In this document: in pieces, positions 14,751 through 26,421 of the stretch
Numbering within the stretch: the stretch's first letter is position 1
How the letters are laid out: the number at the start of each line of letters is the position of its first letter
Source of the DNA: Octopus bimaculoides
Taxonomy: Eukaryota
DNA length: 43,165 nucleotides
Direction of reading: 5' to 3'
NCBI RefSeq assembly: GCF_001194135.2
Contig: NC_068985.1
Location: 100,714,643-100,757,807, forward strand
Notes under the pieces: model-generated
What the model saw: the letters and a program-made list of their open reading frames with translations, nothing else
The model's database searches: none
Told to the model about the DNA's origin: nothing
Program-made: the position numbers and the translations under genes

Positions 14751-16384
14751 GGTATATATAGATCTATTCCTTCATAAAACAACAGGAGTACATATATACG
14801 CAATGACATTCACATTGGCTCACCTGCTTTTCTGATATTAGTGGGAAAATAAGTTCTGTTCCGTTTCAATAATAGAAACACGTACTTTACATATTGAATG
14901 AAAATGTTGTCCCCGCTCGTTATTTATTGCATAGTCCGATCATTTGTTATTTTCCTAAATTTTGCAATGTACCTGACAGAATCCATTAAGCATCTGCTTT
15001 GGGATGAAAGCATGTTAATCTGGACAATGATTGAGACTATATTAAACAAGAGTTAGAAGCGATGCTGAAGAGTTGCAGCAGAAAGTAAATTCATCTGCAT
15101 TGACTACAACACTACGATGCATTGGGATAAGTTATCAGTTGAGCTATTCACCCTCTCAACAACCAGTAAACTAATTGGAAAATAACGTCGCTTTTACATT
15201 CAACAGTCTGTCGATAGTCTGAATTCATGGAAAACTAATGACAAATGAAACAAACAATTAGTTACGTTGTTGTTGGTCGATTTTATAATATAATCATATT
15301 TTAAGTTATGAAGACATACGGTTTCATCTGAAAATGATTAAAAAATATTAATGATATGAATTTAGACTGTTTTAGAATGCTTACAAGTTGTTTTATAATT
15401 CAAACAATAGTTTCGGAATAATCAATGCAAATATAGTTCATCAGTACTACATCTAACTTAAAGGGTGATTAGACGAAAAGCATCAATGTGAAATATGACT
15501 ATAGACTTTAGGCAGCGATATAAAAAGAAATGCTGCAAAGTATTTATTTTAATTATCTACACGTCTGGAAGATATGGTTTGATGTTCGGCAACCTTTGTC
15601 ATCAATAATTGAGCAAATAAGTTATCAAATATTTTCAATCTATGGCCATCATATATTATGTAAAGATGTCAATGCCACCTGGTACTAATTTAATCGTCCT
15701 ACGATGATAGCAGACGACGTAAGCTAGAGCTGGATATAATAGAGCAATATAAGCAATGGGAATTAAGCATCACAAACTAAGCGAAGCAGCTACTTATATA
15801 AGATATGAACACTTATATAAGAGATGAACTCATTAACTGCACTGGCATGCAATGCTTGTTGCCACTTCAATATCGGTGTTCCATAGGAGCAGAGTAACGC
15901 AGTAATGTCTTTTCGTACGGAGAAGATATGTTGAAGTGGTGATAAACATTACTTGCCACTAGAGTTACTGCGTTCATCTCTTACAGAGATTTTATAACTA
16001 GCTGTTTGATTGTTACAAGATCAGAGAATAAATGTCGCTTGGATTTCTGCAAATTAACGCGAGCTTGTGTCATCTCTTGCTGACAAGATGAGCACCACTG
16101 AGGAAGAGCAGATATAGCCCAAAACCATGCTGGTCTGATGGTGCTGTCGCTATAAGGTTGAAGGTTTTGGCTCCCTTGCTCGTAATATAAGAGATGCAGG
16201 TTGTTTCGTTAACCAGTTAGAGGAAATGTCCACTTGGTGTTAAAAAGCCGCAGTGACGTCCGTTCGTACAGAAAAGCCATGTTGAAGTGGCGAGAAACAT
16301 TATTACAAATTAGTTTGACCGATTCTCTACCAATTCTGAGGATCAACTCCTCTAAAAATCAAGGACACAAAACTAATGTACTTA

Positions 16385-16520
16385 GTGAACGACAATAAAC
16401 ATACAATATGAATTGTGGTGCATCAGGACATTCGATACAAGTCTTATGTCTTCGGACGAGGCCGATTCATATATACAAAGACACGGCTATTGTTCAGGTG
16501 TTGTTCGAAATGAATAAACA
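16385..16520 (+). mobile_element. Short Tc1/mariner (probably DD37D/maT-like) transposase fragment
   Basis: VVHQDIRYKSYVFGRGRFIYTKTR resembles the VHEDIRYKSYVMRRGQFMS segment I recall preceding the first catalytic Asp in invertebrate maT-like transposases. No catalytic residues are retained. Confidence 0.5.
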
Positions 16521-17814
16521 ATTTAGCGAAGGTATACCGAAGATTACAACCTCAGGTTGAAACATTTATCGCAGTTGCAGATAGATTCATACAATTATCG
16601 TATTAGAAGGATTTTTGAAAACAAGGGTGCACTATTTTTTATATTCAAAGTACTTTGGCTGTTACGATTTTATCAAATTACAATATATGTCACAAATAAC
16701 TTTCGCATCCTATACATATGCATATTATTACATACGTGTGTCTTGTGCATTATTAATAATTAATTTGTTTGGCTTTTGAAGTGACAGAGAAAACTTTCCT
16801 TTACATGTTTATTTCAACAATGTTACATTTGGAAAATTAGAACCCTTCCAATGCCAGAAATAAGCAATTTACAGCTTCTTCTGGAGAAATGATCTGCTTT
16901 AGAATCTCATTCATGCAGTATGAGATTCGTCATTCGTCTGTCTAACGCTAGAAATCAGAAACTTTATTACATTTTATTATTTTGTTACGTGTGTAGAAAT
17001 ATACTGCTATCTTTAGTTAGCATGTAGAGACAGAAATATATTTACATTGCCGCTGCTGTAGTTGTTCATAATAAGATAATCACTCCACTTCTAGTAAACG
17101 TATAAATAGTTGATCAAAGGAATCAATTGTTATATGTTTGCAGACATTATTGTTACAAAAATTAGCATATAATTGGTACTCATTCTAAATGATATAGACA
17201 ATAATTTTGCTATATTGTTGAAAGTTTGTCATTGATGTTGTTGTTTGTTATGTGATAGAGCGCATAATGGTAAAATTCCTGAATAAATTGCGTTGCATGT
17301 ACGAGCTTCAAGATTATCTCAGATGCAGCAACACTTTGTTATCAAAGTTATTTTCATACCAGGTTTGTCGCTTGATTCACTTGATTTTATATTGCGAAAA
17401 ATCAATATTTCTTAGTCGAAACATAGAAAATGCTATTCTCCAGTTGGTCCGTCGGGGTTTTCAGTGAGGTAATAGAAATTAAACTGACTGGATTTGAGAC
17501 TTTTTAGAGGTATTATTTTATTATTCCGACCTTTGTCTAATGATAATTATTTTCTTTTCTTTAATGTTATTAATGATGTATGAGATGTTGCTTCTTGACG
17601 ATTGCTTCTATAGTTTTTGAATTAATTGAGGTTAATGCTTTCAAATATTTTTTAAAAATTATTAATTACAGACACTGGGACTCCATTACTAATCTTATTC
17701 AAATTGACATGAATCGCTGTAATTTCTCTTTCTCACCTTCTTCGCGCGAGTTTTAAGATTGTGTCTGCTTGTGTGCATATATTTTATCCCCCTCTCTCCG
17801 CTTACTTGTCTGTC

Positions 17815-17918
17815 CCTCCCTACAAATACATGCAAACATGCATACATATGTGTGCATGTATTGGAGTGTTGATGCCATATTTACAGGTGATGTGGGTTCG
17901 ATTCGAGTCCCAAAGGCA
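17815..17918 (+). repeat. Local direct duplication, copy 1 (approx. 100 bp)
   Basis: Core tgatgccatatttacaggtgatgtgggttcgattcg(a/t)gtcccaaaggca recurs exactly 720 bp downstream with one mismatch. Confidence 0.9.
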
Positions 17919-18534
17919 AACTTCAGTTTTCTCTTACAAAATCTAACCAAATAATTACATGCTATCATTATATCTGCTGCGAAGGAAACCGTTCCAAAAT
18001 ACGAATTACCTCCATTTCTCTGAACGTTTCTAACTTCTTAGGACGTCGGCAACACATAATTCTCCTTGGCAAGAATAATGTTTCTAAAACAGATGTTGAA
18101 ATTCCAGGTATTGCTTTGGTCGAATGATAGAAAGCCTGTCATGTTTACAGGAAGTATGGATTCCTGTCGCACAGCGTCCCCTCAACTTGCCTCTGACATA
18201 AATCACTACTAAGATATATAGAGTATCAGTAGCGTTTCAGACAAGATGGTAATATTCTGTATATAGTAGAAGTGTATTTGACTGATATGCGTGGATAAAA
18301 CATCTCCTACTGATGGTAGTAGACTGAACTCATGTGACACAGGATTCCTGACTATTACGATGTATGTGTGCATTTATGCACAAGCATATTATGTCTGTAG
18401 ATATATATTTACATTCATACATATACATATATAAATATTGTATACACACACACATATATGTGTGTGCCTGTGTGTGTTCATAAATATATATATGACCATA
18501 TCCTTAGGGCTGAAACATATAATATTTGTTTGTC

Positions 18535-18638
18535 ACTCCCTAGAAATACATACAAACATACATGCTTACGTGTGTATGTATGTGAGTGCTGATGCCATAT
18601 TTACAGGTGATGTGGGTTCGATTCGTGTCCCAAAGGCA
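18535..18638 (+). repeat. Local direct duplication, copy 2
   Basis: Partner of 17815-17918, including the preceding ccta(c/g)aaataca...tgtgt tract. Confidence 0.9.
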
Positions 18639-19002
18639 TATATGAGTGTATATATATACATATCAATATCAGAGTATATATACATATCTATGTCTGTGTA
18701 TGGTTGTATACATGTATAATCATCTTTGCGGTTTGTATTGTACTCCTTCCCGTTTAGACAACTGGTAGCACTTCGTTTAATTCCATCTAAATTGGCTGTT
18801 TGTTAAAATCAGCGATGGTATGTTATTGAAACTACATGTTGTTGTTCCAGTATGACAGAAGACAAATGACGGAGACAATTGAAGATTAAATGTGTTTACA
18901 CACGCATACATAGTTGTGTTGACATTGAATTCTCTGCCTGTATCCTTCATCGCCTGTGCCTTTGCTTTTTCCTTCGTCTGTACGTTTGTGAGTAGAGAAT
19001 CT

Positions 19003-19200
19003 GCGTGTGCCTTAGTAGTTAGAATGTTGGATCCGTAGTTGTATGATTGTGGTTTCGATTCCTGGGTCTGGTGATGCGTGGAGTTCTTGAGAAATGCATT
19101 GCATTTCACGTTGTTTGAATTCACTAACCTGGCGAAAATGTGAATTCCTGCTATAAATAGGTGTCCAGTCCACCGAAACCTGGCCCCGAGCCCTATGAGC
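19003..19200 (+). mobile_element. Degenerate SINE, family A
   Basis: A-box-like ccttagtagttag, B-box ggtttcgattcc at 19051-19062, then ttcttgag...atttcacgttg...ctggcgaaaatg. Confidence 0.7.
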
Positions 19201-19320
19201 CTATGTAATTTAAGATGGAAGTACATCTGCTGGATTTAAACGTTGTTATATTGTCACATGGAAGAGAATACAACTGGCTTTCAATTAAAACGTATCGTAA
19301 AAGATGAAATGAATATGGGA

Positions 19321-19357
<37 letters not shown>

Positions 19358-21899
19358 TCATTCGAATTTCTGTCACCTGATGTCCGACACCTCCTTTAAT
19401 CGGGATAACGTACGAGGAGAATTTGAGATTCCCTTGGCTCTCATTCTAGTTTCCTGAGTGACCAACGTAGCGTTGTGCTTACCAAACGTTTTGCTTGAAG
19501 TTACACTTAGTATATAGCTATCACCGAATATGGCAACTAAGAGCATCAGTTAAAGGGCTAAACATAAACTCCAGCCCATATTGATCCAATATATGGTTCA
19601 ATAATTGAAGAAATTGACTATTATTTCGGTACGTAAATTGCTAGCAGCTCATAGTACTTCAGCCGCATAGGAAATATATTATCAATAGGTTAGAGGTGTG
19701 TTGGTTAATTATCACTTAGTGACAACAGATGGTCCAGAAGAAATGATTAATCTGTCAGAGTTTAGAAACTCAGTGCTACTGGAAAACGGTGGTGTACTCG
19801 TATAAGAAACGTTTAGATACGCTATGCGTTAAAAGCTACATGACAGGCAAAGACTCAATGTATTTTATCATTGAACTTACAAGTCAGTCCCGAGTTGTTA
19901 CTGACCAAATATCGACAAGAATGTAAAACGTATATATTATATATCAGCGGCCAAACAAATAAACATTTACACATTCTCACCGAATCGTCCCATAATTATT
20001 TTTGAATTCCAAGTCTCCATTTCCAGTTTTCATTTTCAATTCCAAGTCTCCATATTTGCTGAGATATAAATGATTCTGTAAGGAGTGGTTCACTACTGTT
20101 GAGGAATTCAACAATGAAAACGCAAAGGACCAAAAATAATCAGAGAAACATAAGTACAAAGTAAGTATGCGTGCCGTTGTGCGCTTGTATGTATTCAAGA
20201 TCACTTAAAACGAAATATATGTTTCAGTTTAGATATATATTTAATTGTAAATAAAATAGATTTTAACACAACGTAGACAGAATTATTGATTTATAGCGTT
20301 ATAAAATTTGATTTGATATAAATTCTATTGATTACATTTATTTGTTTATTTATTCCTTTTTATATATAAACTGGTCTCATTTCTGACAAGAGAATTTATC
20401 GTTTTCCCATTCGGCTGCAGCTATTATAATTAAAGGTATATGTGGTTAATGAAAGAACATTAATTGTATTTAAATGTAACTCTGGCTTCCATTTAGTGCC
20501 ATAAACATTTATTGATATTATAAACAAATATTGAAAATATATTTGCAGCAGCAAATAATACGCCTTTATCCATGTGATGTGTTAAAATCATATACGAGAA
20601 TATTTTGACATTAAATGAAGATTACATTCTCTGTTGTATAGTTTGTTTTCAAAAAAAATGGTATTTAAAATCGGGCATTGCTGCAATATAACCACCAGCT
20701 AATATTTAGAGACGAATATTATTGTGATTCTTCATTTCAATAAGATGTAATTATTGTTATATCATAAGAAACTAATTGTGCTTGTGAAGAAGGAACAAAA
20801 CCTCCAGATCATGAAATTTAATATAGTATAATCTATAACCATGAATCCAATAGATTTATTCTAGATTTACTAATTTACCGAAATATTATTCGGTTATATA
20901 TACCACAGTCAGTGTTAGATATTGAATTATCATAACTGTTGCTTATTAAATGAATATATAATATTTAATCTGCCCAAATTCTCAGTTTAATAACACATCG
21001 AAATTTAAGGTTTGACGAGACAAAATTTAATAGAAGAAATACTTTCTACATGCTGTTTATATATCTATCACATATTTAGTGTTCGGATCATTCACACCAT
21101 ATTAGTAAAGTTGCGATCATTTTCTTTTAAAAATGAGATGTCAAGATGAGTTGAGTGGTCGAAGGTAATATATTTTTAGATATTTTTTATCGATTACTGA
21201 AGAATGAAAATGAACACAGTTTGCAAGAAATTAGGAAAAGAATGTCATGATAGGAGATTTGAAAAAAATTGATAATTGGTTTGACTTTTTATATTAAGTC
21301 ACTGATCCATATGTGATGAGCATTATCTATTAACAATCAGTGTGGGACGAGTTATTATTCCATGATATTCAAAATATTTCTACAAGTATCCTAATAATTA
21401 TATAATTCTCCTCTGAAACAATAGATGATAATTCTCGAATTGTACATCAATTAGAGCAATGTTCGTCATCACTTATATATTCTTTTAATTGAGTACACCC
21501 TCTCGCAATAATTTAGGGGCAATTTTGCATGCAAAGTATAACATACTCGGAAAAAAATATGCAAAGGCTGTACACACTGTATTAAGACTAGGAGTCAGCC
21601 TTTTAAATGAGCAAAATCTCTGCAGTCAAAACACTATATATTTAGTTTATTTCGATTAACGAAATAATGACTTCAAAATGATATTGATAGTTCATACTGT
21701 CTTTTAAATATGAAATAAAGAGATTAACATGAGAGCACTGTTAAAACATAAGTAACTTCCATCGCTCAACAATGTAAGAAAATTATAAAAATATTTCTGT
21801 TTCACATTGACTTTCGGGTAATCAATATAAAATGTAAGTGAAGTCATAGATTGGTGGATAAATCGAAAATTCGATTACCTTGATGCCATCTCTCATCTC

Positions 21900-21965
21900 G
21901 TGATTATTGTACTAACACCAAAACGATGAAGGCAAAATCAAACTCGACAGGATTTGATCGCTTAA
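21900..21965 (-). mobile_element. Short degenerate SINE family C fragment
   Basis: caccaaaacgatgaaggcaaaatcaaactcgacaggatttga is the reverse complement of the gagttcaaa..ccgaggtcgactttacctttcatcctttcggggt block at 23335-23380. Confidence 0.5.
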
Positions 21966-23235
21966 CTGGAAGAACCGGTGAAAAGGCTGCTTATTATTTT
22001 AACTGATCTGGTAGTGCTCCGCACACATATACATACACAGGCACACACACAGAAACACACATACACACACACATATGTGTGCACATATACTCGCACATAC
22101 TAGTACGTGTGTACATACACATACATGTATATAGATACATAAATGTTTGTAAAAAATAATTACGAGACAGTATGAGTTATAAATAGCATCACCTTCGTTA
22201 CCAGAAACACCATCATACGCCTAATGACAATCACAAAGCACAAAATGTAATCATTTATAACAAATTAGTAATTCAATCTGAAAATGAGTGGACAATTATG
22301 CAAATTGCTTTCCGTTTCCCTTGAGAATTTCTTAAAATTTAATATGAAGTAAATATTCTTAAAGACTAATGACTTTTACATAAGAGGTGTAGCTATTAGC
22401 GTATGATAATATTTAATTAATTTTTAATGAGTTAATCAATGTTGGAAAGTAAACCTATTAATTTTCCTCTCGATATTATTTTGTTTGCATCTATGCCTAC
22501 GTACATTTATATGCATAGACGCATACAGAGATCAAGAGATCTCATATATGAGGACACGCGTGTCTCTTCTCCATTCTAATGTGTGTTTTGTAACTCCAGA
22601 TAATTGAAAATGCAAGAAATATCGTACAACTTTATTATAGTAAGTGTACATATAATAGAATAGTTACTATACGGCGTATGCAAAAGATATAAAAATTTAA
22701 TTGATATATGATTTTATAATTACGAAGATAAAAACCAATATGAATTAGATATGAAGTTGAAATAATCGTGTGAAAATTAGCAGAGTTAATTTATTTAAAT
22801 AGTCTTAAATGTTGATGAGGAGTGCTCTTCTAATAAAATGCCAATCACACGTTTTTAAGAAGAAGATAGGAAAAAATAACTATAAGCATGAAATTGTGTA
22901 TAGGGTAGTTGTGAGTATAAAAAATCAGGACATCTGATGGTACGCCTCTGTTGCAATGTCTTGTTCAGAGAGTAGCATAAATTCATAGCTTCCAACTAAG
23001 CTGAATTCAATTTCTTTGGACAGATACAAAGCAAAGAGAAAAGGAAAATTAGAAACCCAAGTTCACAAGAAGACCACACACAACAATAGTCGCAATAACT
23101 TATTGTAATTACTGAAACATGTAATACATATATAATTGAACAATGCATGGAAACTGTTGCATAATAAAATACCTGCACGCCTGGAGCACTATTTTGCGTA
23201 GAAACAATTGTAGCGATTGAAAATAAGTGTCCCAC

Positions 23236-23480
23236 GGATATATGGCATAGTGGTAAAGAGCGCGGGCTACTAGCCCCAAGATTGTGAGTTCGATTCCAGG
23301 CTTAGCGGTATTTCGTCTGCCGTTACGTTCTGAGTTCAAAGTCCACCGAGGTCGACTTTACCTTTCATCCTTTCGGGGTCGATAAATTAAGTACTAGTTA
23401 CCGACTGGGGTCGATGCAATCGACTTAATCCCTTTGTCTGTCCCTCTATGTTTAGCCCCTTGTGGGCAATATTGAAATAA
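23236..23480 (+). mobile_element. Well-preserved, apparently chimeric tRNA-derived SINE (A/B-box head joined to family C body)
   Basis: A-box TGGCATAGTGG at 23243-23253 and B-box GAGTTCGATTCC at 23286-23297. These are followed by ttagcggtatttcgtctgccgttacgttctgagttcaaagtccaccgaggtcgac... with a second B-box-like motif, and an AAT tail. Confidence 0.85.
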
Positions 23481-23483
23481 TAC

Positions 23484-23535
<52 letters not shown>

Positions 23536-23625
23536 TATTATTATTATCATTATTATTATTATTATTATTATAATGATAATAATAATAATAAAAATAAAAA
23601 TAATAATAATAATAATAACAACAAC
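23484..23625. repeat. (AAT)n-(ATT)n-(AAT)n compound microsatellite
   Basis: The run switches strand near 23537 and again near 23571. Confidence 0.95.
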
Positions 23626-23629
23626 AAAA

Positions 23630-23815
23630 CAACATCGAAAAATACCTTAAGATTGAGAACGCAGGTTCGATATTTCTCCAAGACACCTGATGCAGTCTGG
23701 AGGGTATATCAGCCGAAACGTTGTGTTAACAACAACCAAGATGAGGACGAATATCCGTCAATTGTAAATAAAGTAAATTATATACATAATTCCCCATCTC
23801 TTGAATATAGAACTT
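23630..23815 (+). mobile_element. PLE-type terminal/UTR segment carrying a hammerhead motif
   Basis: Contains cctgatg...cagccgaaacgttgtgttaacaac. Assignment to PLEs rests on the known association of minimal hammerheads with PLE termini and on my recollection of this octopus repeat. Confidence 0.5.
23682..23727 (+). ncRNA. Minimal type I hammerhead ribozyme-like motif (degenerate)
   Basis: GACAC-CUGAUGC-A-GUCUG(GAGGGUAUAU)CAGCC-GAA-ACGU-U-GUGUU. Helix I has 5 bp (one G-U), helix II pairs 4 of 5, and helix III is the ACGU palindrome. Core A9 is C. Confidence 0.6.
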
Positions 23816-24395
23816 CTAAGTTATGGAGTCTAAAAGCATGAACAACGGGTCTCAGGGCCTGGTAGGGGACAAAAAAAGGCACAAAATCACACACATACAC
23901 ATACAAACACATACACATATATGTATGGGCTTCATTCATTTGCCGGTAAGGTGAGTGTTCGCAGTGCGGGTGACTTCCTCAAGGCCTCGGGTATTAAAAT
24001 AAATAGAAGCCCCAGGCAGACGTGACAACTCCATCCAAATCCCATTAAGGAACGGTGGATATAAAGGTTCATAATTTTTGATGATGATAAATGTCACGTA
24101 CATGTACCGAATTAGAGCCGAATTGAATCGCCAGTCAAGACTATATACGAATAGTGTAAAAATCAAATTGCCTGTATGGTACAACGATGCGTACGTAAGA
24201 ATATACTCAAATATGAGTTAGAATCCGTGCTAGTGATTTAAACATTTGTGATGAATGAGCTTTGCTTCTTCACAGAGATGTGTCTATGGATATATAGACG
24301 TATTGATGTGTGTATACATGCATGACACATAAATATATATATATGCATCGAAACGTATACACATACATACCTTCTCACATACCTCCCTCACACTC

Positions 24396-24436
<41 letters not shown>

Positions 24437-25179
24437 NNNNNNNNNNNNNNNNNNNNNNNNNNNNNNNNNNNNNNNNNNNNNNNNNNNNNNNNNNNNNNNN
24501 NNNNNNNNNNNNNNNNNNNNNNNNNNNNNNNNNNNNNNNNNNNNNNNNNNNNNNNNNNNNNNNNNNNNNNNNNNNNNNNNNNNNNNNNNNNNNNNNNNNN
24601 NNNNNNNNNNNNNNNNNNNNNNNNNNNNNNNNNNNNNNNNNNNNNNNNNNNNNNNNNNNNNNNNNNNNNNNNNNNNNNNNNNNNNNNNNNNNNNNNNNNN
24701 NNNNNNNNNNNNNNNNNNNNNNNNNNNNNNNNNNNNNNNNNNNNNNNNNNNNNNNNNNNNNNNNNNNNNNNNNNNNNNNNNNNNNNNNNNNNNNNNNNNN
24801 NNNNNNNNNNNNNNNNNNNNNNNNNNNNNNNNNNNNNNNNNNNNNNNNNNNNNNNNNNNNNNNNNNNNNNNNNNNNNNNNNNNNNNNNNNNNNNNNNNNN
24901 NNNNNNNNNNNNNNNNNNNNNNNNNNNNNNNNNNNNNNNNNNNNNNNNNNNNNNNNNNNNNNNNNNNNNNNNNNNNNNNNNNNNNNNNNNNNNNNNNNNN
25001 NNNNNNNNNNNNNNNNNNNNNNNNNNNNNNNNNNNNNNNNNNNNNNNNNNNNNNNNNNNNNNNNNNNNNNNNNNNNNNNNNNNNNNNNNNNNNNNNNNNN
25101 NNNNNNNNNNNNNNNNNNNNNNNNNNNNNNNNNNNNNNNNNNNNNNNNNNNNNNNNNNNNNNNNNNNNNNNNNNNNNNN

Positions 25180-25220
<41 letters not shown>

Positions 25221-25334
25221 GCGCACGCATTCACATACTCATATATGCATATATACGTGCCTGCGCTTGTGTGTGGGCGTGTAATTTCATGAGTCTTTAT
25301 TCACATATAATCTGTATGGAAATATTATTATAAA

Positions 25335-26421
25335 CGAAGATGGACTGAAATGTTCACAGGCTGAGTACAAAGGAATCACGCCAGAACTCCGTAATCTTTC
25401 ATGCGTTAAATTCCAATCTTTATATTATAAGGATTGAGTTTCTTTTCAGGTAATTCTAACCTCTAATTATTCAAAAAATCTAGTAGCTACTTCTTTTGAA
25501 AATGGAGACAATTTGACCTTTTAGTGTTATCAAGTAACTACAGAATAAGGCTTTAGACCCGAGGGACCTGCTTGCAAAATTGGGGAATGACGCTCGAACC
25601 TTGCCAGCAATGCAAAAACTGTCAGCTGTATTTAGTAGGGGAAGAGAACATGATCAAAAGACTGCACGTCCTCAACCATTACCACTGCGGAAAATATTGC
25701 ACGTGCTCTCATGTTTATGGACGACAGTTGATTGATTCAAAATTAATTAGCTAATGCTATTAGAATATCGAAGAAGAGAGACCTGAGGGTATTCTCCACC
25801 AGGAACTCGGCATGACGAGGATGTCCTGACACCTGATCAAATGCTTATCAAGCTGTTCACATCAGGGAAACAACTGCCATTGTTCCAGGCACATGTTCCT
25901 GGTATCCTTGAACGTTTCGAACGTCAGGAAGGGGGTAGACTTCAATACTTTGAGCCAGGGATAATGCGAAAATCCTTGTGATGGAAACATTTCCACTGCA
26001 GAGGAGATGATAGTCTTAGTTTTTAGGGAGCAAAATGCATTGTGTCTTTCTTCGGAAGGGCCACATCATCAATGGGGAACACAATGCCAATTTGTTGGTG
26101 CAGTCACGATAGGCTATCAAAAGAAACGCCTAAAAGACTGACGAAAATGTTAACAAGTTCTTGGTGTTACTAGATGTTGTGCGTCACTCCAGCATGAATA
26201 AAATGTTTGTTAGGAGTTGGTATCACAATGAGGATGATGCCATAGCTGTTGTTAAATAAGTTTCTCATTAGATGAAAGCTAACTTACAAATGGGGCCGAA
26301 GTAGTGCAACACTAGCGAATGAAGTGGGAACTGTTGTACGTAAGGGAACTGTTGTAAGTAAACCTCATTTGGTCACATGTAAGTATCTGGGTCAGCTTAT
26401 GAATATTTAGGCTCAATCTGG
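25335..26421 (+). mobile_element. Mariner (irritans/Himar1-like) element relic with both degenerate approx. 30-bp TIRs
   Basis: ATG at 25502 starts METI*PFSVIK*LQNKALDPRDLLAKLGNDARTLPAMQKLSAVFSRGRE, followed by TITTAENIA, ILHQELGMTRMS, VLTPDQ, YFEP...WKH and FLRKGHIINGEHNANLLVQSR*AIK. TIRs at 25335-25364 and 26392-26421 match at about two-thirds of positions, and TA follows at 26422-26423. Confidence 0.85.

Noticed and set aside
15899-18638. Spaced direct repeats as a CRISPR-like array
   Set aside because: Only two copies per repeat, spacers of 300-600 bp, eukaryotic context and no cas genes.
20006-20075. Minus-strand LSKYGDLELK resembling Dong LSKYKDLEIE, with a 16-bp direct repeat
   Set aside because: Too short, and the flanks show no further homology; it may be a tiny relic but is unsupported.
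23236-23300. Possible tRNA gene
   Set aside because: A and B boxes are present but no acceptor stem or T-run terminator; it continues into a SINE body.
23860-24010. Possible inverted SINE family B fragment
   Set aside because: Similarity is limited to a CA tract and gggcttc.ttca.tt.cc; too weak to call.
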